This document shows, piece after piece, positions 28,548-39,597 of a stretch of DNA of 64,000 nt. Below the pieces are notes generated by a model that saw nothing but the letters and a program-made list of their open reading frames with translations, had not been told where the DNA came from and made no database searches. The stretch's first letter is position 1, and every line of letters starts with the position of its first letter. Location: positions 1 to 64,000 of the forward strand of contig JAPSGB010000002.1 of NCBI GenBank assembly GCA_035063585.1, given 5' to 3'. The stretch is from Polyangiaceae bacterium (GTDB taxonomy: Bacteria > Myxococcota_A > Polyangia > Polyangiales > Polyangiaceae). A program made the translations under genes and the position numbers.

Positions 28548-29651
28548 TCACGTCTCGCGCGCGAGCTGCGCGTCGAGCTGCACGAACGCGCGGCGCAGGC
28601 TCGCGACCCCGGCCGTCCCGCCGTGAGCGAGCGGCACGCTCGCCTGCCGGGCGGCGCTGACCAGGAGTTCGGAGTGCGCGTGCGAGACGAGCCCCTCGAG
28701 CAGCACGACCGCCGCCACGTGGCCTGCGCGGATGCGCCGCTCGAGCGCCGCGGTGGCGTTGAGCCCGGGGGCCTCGGTGCTCACCCACTCCGGCTCGAAG
28801 CCGAGGTGCTCGATGACGCGCTCGAGCTTGTCCGCGCGCAGCACCCCTCCCGCGATGACGACCGCGCCGCCGAGCGCCGCCCGCGCCAGGCTCGGTACCG
28901 GCCAGGGCTCGCGCGCCGCGGGAACCGGCTCGTCGCGAGCGCCGCGCTCGCGCTTCGGCGTCCGCTTCGACGCTGGCTCTCGCTCCTCGCGCCGCGCGAT
29001 GAGCCGGCGCGACCGCTCGAGCTGCGCCTGCCAGTCCGCTCGGTCCCGAGGATCGAGCCCGATGATCGCGAGCCGGCGCTGCCGCGCGGCGCGCGTCAGC
29101 GCGCGGAGCACGCCGGCGAGGCGCTCCTCGGGGTCGGCCACCGCGCGCTCGCGAAGCTGGCGCGCGCGCGCGGCCCAGCCGAGCGCGCGCGCGCGGAGCT
29201 CGCTCGCGGAGAGCGCGTCCAGATCGACGCCGCGAACCTCGTCCGCGAGCGCGAGCACCTCCGGGTGCGCGCGCGGAGAGCGCGGCGCGCGCGCTGGCGC
29301 CACGGCGGCCTCCTTCGACGCGGCGAGGAGCTCCGAGAACGAGGGAGCCGGCCCCTCCCGGGCGGGTTCGGCCGCCGCCTCGCCATCATCCTCGCCGAGC
29401 TCGGGGAGGCTCGCGATCAGCGCGGCCAGCTCGAGCGCGAGCGCGCGCGGCGAGGCGATCGGCGCGCGGACACGCTGCCCGCGCCGGCGCGCCAGCTCCG
29501 CGTCCGCCTCGGCCTGCACCGCCGCGTGATAGCGGGCGGCGAGGGCTTGGAGTCGCGCCGTGGCGTCGCTCGCCGCGCGCACCCTCGCGGCGAGACGGGC
29601 GCGCAGCTCCGCGAGGATCACCGCCAGCGGATCGGGAGCGCGGGGGGCCAT
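28548..29651 (-). CDS. Hypothetical protein with C-terminal DUF2325-like domain
   Basis: VVIAGG...VVLLEGLVSHAH...G.ASL C-terminal motif; helical N-terminus. Confidence 0.65.
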   Translation of the reverse strand: MAPRAPDPLAVILAELRARLAARVRAASDATARLQALAARYHAAVQAEADAELARRRGQRVRAPIASPRALALELAALIASLPELGEDDGEAAAEPAREGPAPSFSELLAASKEAAVAPARAPRSPRAHPEVLALADEVRGVDLDALSASELRARALGWAARARQLRERAVADPEERLAGVLRALTRAARQRRLAIIGLDPRDRADWQAQLERSRRLIARREEREPASKRTPKRERGARDEPVPAAREPWPVPSLARAALGGAVVIAGGVLRADKLERVIEHLGFEPEWVSTEAPGLNATAALERRIRAGHVAAVVLLEGLVSHAHSELLVSAARQASVPLAHGGTAGVASLRRAFVQLDAQLARET

Positions 29652-29750
29652 GGCCTGCCCCGGGAGGCTACGTCCGGGCCCGCCGAGCCGCCAGGTGGCT
29701 CGAAACGCGCGGGGTTGGCCGGAGCCGCCGGGGTCAACTAGATTCTCCCC

Positions 29751-32447
29751 GTGTCGCTCGAGTCCTCGGAGCTCTACGAGCTCTTTCTCGCGCTCGCTCC
29801 GGCGCGGATCGACGCGGCTCGAGCCGCGCTCGACGGACCCGCGCAGGACCGCGCGCGCGAGCTCGAGGCCGCGCTGGTCCCCTTCGCGGTCGACGCGACT
29901 CTGCTCGGCGCCGCGGGCCCGGCCGAGCTCGCCCGCGCGGTCGCGGCCGCGGAGTCGGCCGACCCCGCTCGACTCCGCGGCTCGCTCGACGCCCTCGAGC
30001 GAGCCGCGCGCTCCCTGGGTGAGGCGGACGCCTCGGGCGCACGCGTGGATGAGACGGCGCTCCGCGAGCTCGCGCGGGCGCTCACGCGAGAGCAGCCGGA
30101 GCCCGCGCCGGCACCCTCGCCGCCTCGAGCGGCGCCGCCCTCACCCGCCCCGGGCTCCGCGCCTGCGACGGCGCGCCCGCCCGCCGGCCCGAGCGCGCTC
30201 GAGGCAGAAGATCCGGGCGAGCTCGACTGGGCGCCCGAGCTGGAAGAAGACATGCTCGCCGCCTTCCTCGACGAGTGCGTAGAGCGGCTCGACGGACTCG
30301 GGGAACGCCTGCTGGTGCTCGAGGAGCGCGGCACCGACCGCGAGCTCATCGGCGAGATCTTCCGCGACCTTCACACGCTCAAGGGCTCGAGCGCGTTCGC
30401 GGGACTGAAGAAGATGAACCGCGTGGCGCATCGCGCCGAGGATCTCATCGGAGAGCTCCGCGACGGCAAGCGCGCGTGCGATCGCGGGCTCATCGATCTC
30501 CTGCTCGAGACGCTCGACGTGCTCCGTCAGATCCTCGAGCGCGCCCGCGCCCGCGCGCCCATCGACGTCGACGCGCGCGACCTCCTGCGCCGCCTGGCCG
30601 ACCCGTCCCGCGCGCGCGCCACGCCGCCCTCGGCGAGCGCCGCTCTGCCGGCGTCGCCGGACCCAGCTGGCGCGGCCGCGAGCCCGACGCCGGCCGCGCC
30701 GGACCGGCAGGCGCGAGCGCCCGCGGCCACCTCTGCCGCGCAAGCGACGCTCCGCATCGAGTTCGAGAAGGTCGATCTCCTCCTGAACCTGGTCGGCGAG
30801 GTGGTGCTCGCCCGCGGGCGACTCACCGCCGCCGCCGAGAGCCAGGGCGCGCTCCTCCGCGAGATGTCGCATCTCCGCAAGCGGTTCGCAGCGGCAGCGC
30901 TCGCCGGCTCGCAGGCGCCGCTCGTGGAGGAGCTCCAGCGCACCGAGCGCGTGCTCGGCGAGACGTTCGGCGATCTCGACGCCGGGGTGAGCGCGCTCGG
31001 GCTCGCGGTCGGACAGCTTCGCGACAACGTGATGAAGCTCCGCATGGTGCCCATCGCGAGGCTGTTCACCAAGTACCAGCGCGCCGTCCGCGAGCTCTCC
31101 CACAAGCTCGGCAAGGAGGTCCACGTGGTGCTCGAGGGCGCCGAGACCGAGCTCGACAAGGTGCTGGTCGAGCGGCTCGAGGATCCGCTCCTACACCTCG
31201 TGCGAAACAGCGTCGACCACGGTATCGAGCCCCCGGACGCGCGCGTTGCGGCCGGGAAGTCTCGGAGCGGCACCGTGCGGCTCGCCGCGTCGCAGCGCGG
31301 CGGCCAGATCATCGTCACCATCAGCGACGACGGCGGCGGGATGGACCCGGCGCGCCTCCGCGCGAAGGCGGTGCAGCAGGGGCTCCTCACCGAGGCGGAG
31401 GCGGCCGCCTCGAGCGATCGAGAGAGCCTCGAGCTCATCTTCCGCGCTGGCTTCTCGACGGCAGCCCGAGTCTCCGACGTCTCTGGGCGTGGGGTCGGGA
31501 TGGACGTGGTCCGCGACGCCATCACCAAGCTGAAGGGCAGCATCGATCTCGACTCGACGCTCGGCGCCGGCACCACGATGGTGCTTCGTCTGCCGCTCAC
31601 CCTGGCGATCACCCAGGTGTTGGCGGTGCGGGTCGGCGGGGAGCTGGTGGCCATCCCGCTCGACGCGGTGGTGAGCGCGCAGAGCGTCGGCGAGGGAGAG
31701 CCCGAACGCGTGGCGGACGGCGAGTGTCTGCGGGTGGGCGGCCGGCTGGTCCCGATCATCGATCTTGCCGCCGTGCTCGGCCTCGAGGAAGCCGAGGAGC
31801 TCGGTGACGCTCACGACGCGAGCGTGGTCATCGTGGAGGTCGGGAGCGTGGAGCTCGGGCTCCGCGCGCAGCAGGTGCTCGGCCGGCACGAGGTGGTCAT
31901 CAAGTCGCTCGGGCCGCTGCTCACCGGAGCCCCCTGCGCGGCGGGCGCGACGCTGATTGGAGATCGAGTGCTGCTCGTGATCGATCTGGTCGAGGTCGCC
32001 CGGCGCGCCCGTGAGCCGGGCGCGGCGCCGCCACGCCCGCGCCTGCGCGCCGCGCCGAGCGCGCCGCGCCGCGCGCGCATCCTGGTCGCGGAGGACAGCG
32101 AGCTCATCCGCGAGGCGATCCGGCGCGAACTCGAGGCCGCGGGCTTCGAGGTCGTCGCCGCCGAGGACGGCGCCGCGGCGCTCGAGGCGGCGAGGGAGCG
32201 TCTGTTCGATGCGGTCTCCACCGACGTGATGATGCCGCGCATGGACGGCTACGAGCTCACCCGCGCGCTCCGCGCCGACCCGCGCTACCGCGACGTCCCC
32301 ATCGTGATGGTGACGAGCAAGGACGCGCGCCTCGACTCCATGCGGGGCTACGACGCGGGCGCCGACGAGTACTTGAACAAGCCCGCGAGCGCGAGCGAGC
32401 TGGTCCGTATCATCGACTCCTTGCTCGCGCGGCGCCGGCGTAGCTAA
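29751..32447 (+). CDS. cheA: Hybrid CheA-like kinase (Hpt, dimer, HATPase, CheW, REC)
   Basis: FRDLHTLKGSS, HLVRNSVDHGIE, SGRGVGMDVV, LPLTLAI and DVMMPRMDG motifs. Confidence 0.93.
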   Translation: MSLESSELYELFLALAPARIDAARAALDGPAQDRARELEAALVPFAVDATLLGAAGPAELARAVAAAESADPARLRGSLDALERAARSLGEADASGARVDETALRELARALTREQPEPAPAPSPPRAAPPSPAPGSAPATARPPAGPSALEAEDPGELDWAPELEEDMLAAFLDECVERLDGLGERLLVLEERGTDRELIGEIFRDLHTLKGSSAFAGLKKMNRVAHRAEDLIGELRDGKRACDRGLIDLLLETLDVLRQILERARARAPIDVDARDLLRRLADPSRARATPPSASAALPASPDPAGAAASPTPAAPDRQARAPAATSAAQATLRIEFEKVDLLLNLVGEVVLARGRLTAAAESQGALLREMSHLRKRFAAAALAGSQAPLVEELQRTERVLGETFGDLDAGVSALGLAVGQLRDNVMKLRMVPIARLFTKYQRAVRELSHKLGKEVHVVLEGAETELDKVLVERLEDPLLHLVRNSVDHGIEPPDARVAAGKSRSGTVRLAASQRGGQIIVTISDDGGGMDPARLRAKAVQQGLLTEAEAAASSDRESLELIFRAGFSTAARVSDVSGRGVGMDVVRDAITKLKGSIDLDSTLGAGTTMVLRLPLTLAITQVLAVRVGGELVAIPLDAVVSAQSVGEGEPERVADGECLRVGGRLVPIIDLAAVLGLEEAEELGDAHDASVVIVEVGSVELGLRAQQVLGRHEVVIKSLGPLLTGAPCAAGATLIGDRVLLVIDLVEVARRAREPGAAPPRPRLRAAPSAPRRARILVAEDSELIREAIRRELEAAGFEVVAAEDGAAALEAARERLFDAVSTDVMMPRMDGYELTRALRADPRYRDVPIVMVTSKDARLDSMRGYDAGADEYLNKPASASELVRIIDSLLARRRRS

Positions 32448-32594
32448 CCGCGGGGCGGGAAGCAGAGGGGTCGCGCCCCGGGTTGCGGGCGTCGTCGAAT
32501 CCGCGGTAGGGTCCGCGCCCCCGGCCAGGCCGTCGATGAGAACCGGCTACGGAGCCTCGATGACCACGACCATTGCGACCGCCACGGAGAGCCA

Positions 32595-33851
32595 ATGAGC
32601 AGCCATCTTTTCACTTCCGAGTCCGTTTCCGAAGGGCACCCCGACAAGATCTGCGACCAGATCTCGGACGCGGTCCTCGACGCCGCCCTCACCGGCGACC
32701 CGCGCAGCCGCGTCGCGTGCGAGACGCTCTGCAAGACCGGCTTCGTGGTGATCGCCGGCGAGATCACCACCAAGGCGTGGCTCGACTTCGGCAAGATCGC
32801 TCGGGAGACGATCAAGGAGATCGGCTACACGGACTCGTCGATGGGCTTCGACTACGAGACCTGCGGGGTCCTGACCGCCATCGAGCCGCAGTCGCCGGAC
32901 ATCTCGCAGGGCGTGACCGAGGGCGCGGGGATGTTCAAGGAGCAGGGCGCCGGCGATCAGGGCCTCATGTTTGGCTTCGCCTGCGACGAGACGCCGGAGC
33001 TCATGCCCGCTCCCATCATGTTCGCGCACGGCCTGATGCGGCAGACGAGCCAGATCCGCAAGGGCGGCAAGGTGGATTTCCTCCGCCCGGACGCCAAGAG
33101 CCAGGTCACGGTCGAGTACGAGAACGGCAAGGTCAAGCGGATCGACGCCGTCGTCATCTCGACCCAGCACTCGCCCGACGTGAAGTACAAGACGCTCCGC
33201 GAGGCGGTGATGGAGCTCGTGGTCAAGAAGAGCCTCCCGGCCAAGCTCCTCGACAAGAACACCAAGTACTTCATCAACCCGACCGGGCGCTTCGTCATCG
33301 GCGGACCGTTCGGTGACGCCGGCCTCACCGGCCGTAAGATCATCGTCGACACCTACGGCGGCATGGGTCGTCATGGCGGCGGCGCGTTCAGCGGCAAGGA
33401 CCCCTCGAAGGTCGATCGCTCGGCGTGCTATTTTGCGCGCTACGTCGCGAAGAACATCGTCGCCTCGGGGCTCGCGCGCCGAGCCGAGGTGCAGATCGCA
33501 TACGCCATCGGCGTCGCTCGGCCCGTCGGCGTGTACGTGGACACCTTCGGCACCGGCAAGCTCGACGACGCAAGACTCGCGAAATACGTGGCCGAGAAGT
33601 TCGACATGCGCCCGAAGGCGCTCATCGAAGAGCTCGACCTGCTCGCGCCGATCTACCGGCCGACCGCCGCCTACGGGCACTTCGGTCGAAGCGACTTCAG
33701 CTGGGAGAGCACCGAGCGCGCGCTCGAGCTCGCCTCCGATCTGCTGCCGAAGGCACGCGCGACCAGCGCAAGCAACGCTCGCGGCGCAGGGCGCGCGCGC
33801 GCCAAGAAGCCGGCGCGCGCCGCGGCGGCGAAGCGCGGCGGCGCTCGCTGA
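32595..33851 (+). CDS. metK: S-adenosylmethionine synthetase
   Basis: [19 protein letters not shown] and GGGAFSGKD motifs. Confidence 0.98.
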   Translation: MSSHLFTSESVSEGHPDKICDQISDAVLDAALTGDPRSRVACETLCKTGFVVIAGEITTKAWLDFGKIARETIKEIGYTDSSMGFDYETCGVLTAIEPQSPDISQGVTEGAGMFKEQGAGDQGLMFGFACDETPELMPAPIMFAHGLMRQTSQIRKGGKVDFLRPDAKSQVTVEYENGKVKRIDAVVISTQHSPDVKYKTLREAVMELVVKKSLPAKLLDKNTKYFINPTGRFVIGGPFGDAGLTGRKIIVDTYGGMGRHGGGAFSGKDPSKVDRSACYFARYVAKNIVASGLARRAEVQIAYAIGVARPVGVYVDTFGTGKLDDARLAKYVAEKFDMRPKALIEELDLLAPIYRPTAAYGHFGRSDFSWESTERALELASDLLPKARATSASNARGAGRARAKKPARAAAAKRGGAR

Positions 33852-34055
33852 GCAAAGCGCCCCGACCGCGCGCACCCCCCTGGAATTCGCTGGCTCTCGG
33901 ATTTATCCGCCAAGGCTGTCGGCCGAGGGCGTGAGCGCGGTCGCTTCGGGCTGCTCGCGCGTGACAGGCCCCGGGCCCGCCGCTACATTTCGCGGGTCCG
34001 GGCGGCCCGAGGCCGCGGTGCGCCGGACCCCAGCCGCCACCAGAGGGCCTGCCCC

Positions 34056-35336
34056 ATGCGTCACGACACCGTCCTCGCCTCGTTCATCTCGCTCACTCTT
34101 GCCGCGAGCGGGCTCTGGTCCTGCTCCGGCGCCACCGGCAGCAACTCGGTCCAGGGGGGCGGCGGGGGAAGCGCCGCCAGCACCGGTACCGGCGGTAGCG
34201 GCGCCGGCTCGTCGGGCGGAGGCTTCAACCTGGGCGGTCAGGGCAGCGGCGGAGGCAATCCGAATCCGCCGTGCAGCCAGAACGACGCAAACCTCGACAA
34301 CGACGGGGACGGCTTCACGCCGGCGCAGGGCGACTGCAACGACTGCTCCACCGCCATGAACCCGGGTGCTTACGACTTCCCGGGAGACGGAGTCGATCAG
34401 GACTGCGACGGCACCAAGGACAACGAGCCGACCGGCTGCGACTCCACCACGGTGGACATCGGCTACACCGATCCGGTCTCGGCCATTCAAGCGCTCGGCA
34501 TCTGCCGTCAGTCCGACGGGAAGCGCTGGGGCTACGTCCCCGGCAGCGCGAAGTACGTCAAGGCCAACGGCGTCCCGGGCATGAACGACCTCTCGCACGG
34601 CCTCTTGAGCCAGTTCGGTCCGAACGTGAAGCCGCGCGAGGGCTCGAAGATGCTGGCGCTCTCCTCGGGCACCGCGCGCGCGAAAGGCGATCCGGGGTTT
34701 CGTTCGCCCCAGGCGCAGGGCATCGGCGTGGATATGAACACCTCGAGCCCGACGCCCCAGGGCTGGCCGGTGGCCGCTCCGTCGTGCCCGAACATCAAGC
34801 AGAACATGCTCTCCAAGGTCGCCAACGACCCGGCTGCGCTCGAGTTCCAGGTGAAGGTGCCGACCAACGCGAAGTCGGTGATGTACGACTTCACCTTCTA
34901 TACGTACGAGTTCCCGGACTACATCTGCTCCCCGTTCAACGACTTCTTCGTCGCGCTGATGAACCCACCCCCACCGAACGCGCAGAACTCGAACATCTCG
35001 TTCGACATCCAGGGTAACCCGGTGAGCGTGAACAACGGGCTCCTCGAGGTTTGCCAACCGCAGAACGCCGGTGGGAAATACTTCGCCTGCCCGCAAGGGA
35101 CGGCCGAGCTCGCCGGCACCGGCTTCGACGAGATGGCGGAGAGCGGTCCTCACGCGGCGACCGGTTGGCTCCGTACCCAGGCGCAGCTCGTGGAGCCGGG
35201 CGGGATCGTGACGTTTCGCTTCGCGATCTGGGACGCCGGCGATCACATCCTCAACTCGACGGTCCTCATCGACAACATGACCTGGAGCGAGGACGCCGGG
35301 CACGAGACGCCGGTGACCGAGCCGGTGCCCAAGTAG
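34056..35336 (+). CDS. Choice-of-anchor L-like lipoprotein, paralog of 24786-26129
   Basis: DNDGDGFTPAQGDCNDC, YEFPDYICSPFNDFF, NISFD..PVSVNN and FAIWD motifs. Confidence 0.8.
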   Translation: MRHDTVLASFISLTLAASGLWSCSGATGSNSVQGGGGGSAASTGTGGSGAGSSGGGFNLGGQGSGGGNPNPPCSQNDANLDNDGDGFTPAQGDCNDCSTAMNPGAYDFPGDGVDQDCDGTKDNEPTGCDSTTVDIGYTDPVSAIQALGICRQSDGKRWGYVPGSAKYVKANGVPGMNDLSHGLLSQFGPNVKPREGSKMLALSSGTARAKGDPGFRSPQAQGIGVDMNTSSPTPQGWPVAAPSCPNIKQNMLSKVANDPAALEFQVKVPTNAKSVMYDFTFYTYEFPDYICSPFNDFFVALMNPPPPNAQNSNISFDIQGNPVSVNNGLLEVCQPQNAGGKYFACPQGTAELAGTGFDEMAESGPHAATGWLRTQAQLVEPGGIVTFRFAIWDAGDHILNSTVLIDNMTWSEDAGHETPVTEPVPK

Positions 35337-35358
35337 CGAGGCGAGCTTACCGCGCGAG

Positions 35359-36258
35359 CTATCGAACGCAGTCGCGACCGGCGCTCTTCGCGGCGTAGAG
35401 TCGCGCGTCTGCTCGTTCATAGAGCTCCACGCCGCGCTCCGCGCTGCCCGCCGGCCGCTCGGCGCAGCCGAGGCTCACGGTGACCGGGATGGCGAGCTCC
35501 TCGAAGGCGAACCGCCGAGCGGCGACCTCTCCGCGGATCCGCTCAGCGAGCGCGCGCACGCGCTCGAGCCCCTCGCCGGGGCAGAGCACCGCGAACTCTT
35601 CGCCGCCGACCCGCGCGAGGAGCTGCTCGCCCGAGAGCTGCTCGGACACCACGGAGGCGACCTGCCGCAGGACCGCGTCGCCGGCGGTGTGGCCGTGGGT
35701 GTCGTTGATCGCCTTGAAGTGATCGAGATCGAACACGATGAGCCCGACTGCCCTCGGGCTCTGCCGCGTCTGCCACATGGCCGCCTGCAGCGACTCGTCG
35801 AAGTGGCGCTTGTTGTGGACCCCGGTGAGGCCGTCGAAGCGCATGAGGCGCTGGATCTCCTCGAGGTAAGCGCCCTCGATGTTGCCCCCCGAGATGTACT
35901 TGCAGAGCACCTTGCCGATCTGCGGGCGATCGCCGTCGCGGAGCTCACGCGAGGAGATGCGCGCCTCGTTTACGAAGGTGCCGTTGGTGGAGCCGAGATC
36001 GAGCAGCCGATGGGTCGTGCCCGTCCACTCGATGCGCGCGTGGCGGCGGCTCACCGAGTCGGCGTCGAGCTGGAGGCCGCAGCCGGTGCCGCGCCCGATG
36101 TCGAGCGGCTCCTGACCGAGCGCGGCACGCTGACCGACCCGCGGACCGGAGATCACCACCAGGTACGCCTGGTGCGGTGCGACGATGCGCACGGCGCCCG
36201 TCGAGTCCCTCGTGATGGTGACTTCGACGGTGGTCTCGTAGAGGTCGTGGTCTCCCAC
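35359..36258 (-). CDS. FHA-domain diguanylate cyclase
   Basis: IGR..VSRRHA..DLGSTNGT (FHA); DLDHFKAINDTHGH and GGEEF; start inferred at GTG 36258. Confidence 0.92.
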   Translation of the reverse strand: MGDHDLYETTVEVTITRDSTGAVRIVAPHQAYLVVISGPRVGQRAALGQEPLDIGRGTGCGLQLDADSVSRRHARIEWTGTTHRLLDLGSTNGTFVNEARISSRELRDGDRPQIGKVLCKYISGGNIEGAYLEEIQRLMRFDGLTGVHNKRHFDESLQAAMWQTRQSPRAVGLIVFDLDHFKAINDTHGHTAGDAVLRQVASVVSEQLSGEQLLARVGGEEFAVLCPGEGLERVRALAERIRGEVAARRFAFEELAIPVTVSLGCAERPAGSAERGVELYERADARLYAAKSAGRDCVR

Positions 36259-36401
36259 GGTCGTGGCTCCGAGGCTAACACACCTTCCGAGGGCAGGCCG
36301 CTCGCGCGAATGTCTCACCTTTACGCACACGCCCACGCGCCCGCACCGTCGCGGCTCCCTGCGAACGAAGCCCGTTCGCAGGGAGGTCGGCCGCGGGGCG
36401 C

Positions 36402-37814
36402 TCAGGTGTCGTAGTAGAGGTGAAACTCGAGGGCGGTCGGATAGAGCCGCGACGGCGTGAGCTCGTTCTCCCGCTTGTAATCGAGCCACATCTCGATGAC
36501 GTCCTTGGTGAAGACGTCACCCTTCAGCAAGAACTCGTGATCGCGCTCGAGCGCGTCGAGCGCGGCCTCGAGCGAGACCGGCATGTGCGGCACGCCCTTC
36601 AGCTCCTCGGGAGACAGGGAGTAGATGTCCTTGTCGAGCGGATCGCCGGGATCGATCTTGTTCTGAATGCCGTCGAGGCCGGCCATCAGCATCGCGGAGA
36701 AGGCGATGTAGGGGTTGCAGGTGGCGTCGGGGAAGCGGATCTCGAGTCGGCGTGATTTCGGCGACGCCGAGTAGGTCGCGATGCGGATCGCGGCCGAGCG
36801 ATTTCGGCTCGAGTAGGCGAGGTTCACGGGCGCCTCGTAGCCGGGCACCAGCCGCTTGTAGCTGTTCGTGGTCGGGTTGGTGAAGGCGGCGAGCGCGGCG
36901 GCGTGCTTCAGGATGCCGCCCGCGTAGTAGAGCGCCAGGTCCGAGAGCCCCGCGTAGCTGTCGCCGGCGAAGAGCGGCTTGCCGTCCTTCCAGAGAGACT
37001 GATGCGCGTGCATTCCGTTGCCGTTGTCGCCGTACATCGGCTTGGGCATGAAGGTCGCCGTCTTCTGGTGGTTGTAGGCGACGTTCTTCACGATGTGCTT
37101 GAACCACATGAGCTTGTCCGCGCTCCGGGTGAGCGAGTCGAAGCGCATGTCGATCTCCCCCTGGCCGGCCGTGGCGACCTCGTGATGGCTGACCTCGACC
37201 TCGATACCGACGCTCTCCATGGTGAGGCAAATCTCGGCGCGGAGGTCGTGCTGGGTGTCGTTCGGCCGACACGGGAAGTAGCCCTCCTTGAAGCGGATCT
37301 TGTGCCCGAGGTTCGGGCGCTCGTCGCGCCCGGTGTTCCACTCCGCCTCGACGCTGTCGATGCGGAACATGCTCCCCTGCGGCCCGAGCTCGTAGCGCAC
37401 GTCGTCGAAGATGAAGAACTCCGCCTCGGGCCCGAAGTACACCGTATCGGCGATGCCGGTGCTCTTCAGGTACGCCTCCGCCTTGCGGGCGATGTGACGG
37501 GGGTCACGGGAGTAGTTCTGCCGCGTGATGGTGTCCTGGATGGTGCACTCGAGCGACAGGGTCGGGTGCTGCGTGAAGGGGTCCATCACCGCCGTGACCG
37601 GATCGGGGATGAGCAGCATGTCGCTCTGGTTGATGGGCTGAAATCCGCGGATCGAGGACCCGTCGAACCCGAAGCCATCCTCGAACGCATCGACGTCGAG
37701 GCGCCGGAACGGGACGCTCGTGTGCTGCCATTTCCCGGGTAGATCGATGAACTTGAGATCGACCATGACCGCGCCGTTCTTCTTGCCGAGCTCGATGACT
37801 TCTTTGGGATCCAT
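36402..37814 (-). CDS. glnA: Glutamine synthetase type I
   Basis: [27 protein letters not shown] and DKDIY adenylylation site. Confidence 0.98.
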   Translation of the reverse strand: MDPKEVIELGKKNGAVMVDLKFIDLPGKWQHTSVPFRRLDVDAFEDGFGFDGSSIRGFQPINQSDMLLIPDPVTAVMDPFTQHPTLSLECTIQDTITRQNYSRDPRHIARKAEAYLKSTGIADTVYFGPEAEFFIFDDVRYELGPQGSMFRIDSVEAEWNTGRDERPNLGHKIRFKEGYFPCRPNDTQHDLRAEICLTMESVGIEVEVSHHEVATAGQGEIDMRFDSLTRSADKLMWFKHIVKNVAYNHQKTATFMPKPMYGDNGNGMHAHQSLWKDGKPLFAGDSYAGLSDLALYYAGGILKHAAALAAFTNPTTNSYKRLVPGYEAPVNLAYSSRNRSAAIRIATYSASPKSRRLEIRFPDATCNPYIAFSAMLMAGLDGIQNKIDPGDPLDKDIYSLSPEELKGVPHMPVSLEAALDALERDHEFLLKGDVFTKDVIEMWLDYKRENELTPSRLYPTALEFHLYYDT

Positions 37815-37926
37815 AGGGGCCTCTCTCCGTGAACCTCAACGATTTTACGATTGAACAATTCGTTCAGAAAAAGTGAACCTTGCGGCGTGGTCGCGGCTCG
37901 GTGCTGCTGCGCGGCGACCGCGCCGC

Positions 37927-39472
<1,546 letters not shown>

Positions 39473-39597
39473 GCGGCCTGCGCGGCGCGGCGAGTCCGAG
39501 GATCGAGCCATTCCTGCGCCGAAGGGCTATAGTGCCGGGGCTGGCTGCTCGTCGTTTCCCCCGCCTCGCCGAAGTGCGCCCCCGGCCGAAGAGCTAG

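Noticed and set aside
32448..32594. SAM riboswitch upstream of metK
   Set aside because: No recognisable SAM-I/II core or terminator seen; an Infernal/Rfam scan would be decisive
37851..37867. Myxobacterial LexA box
   Set aside because: Spacer between half-sites is 5 nt rather than the 4 nt of the reported consensus, and the context is nitrogen metabolism
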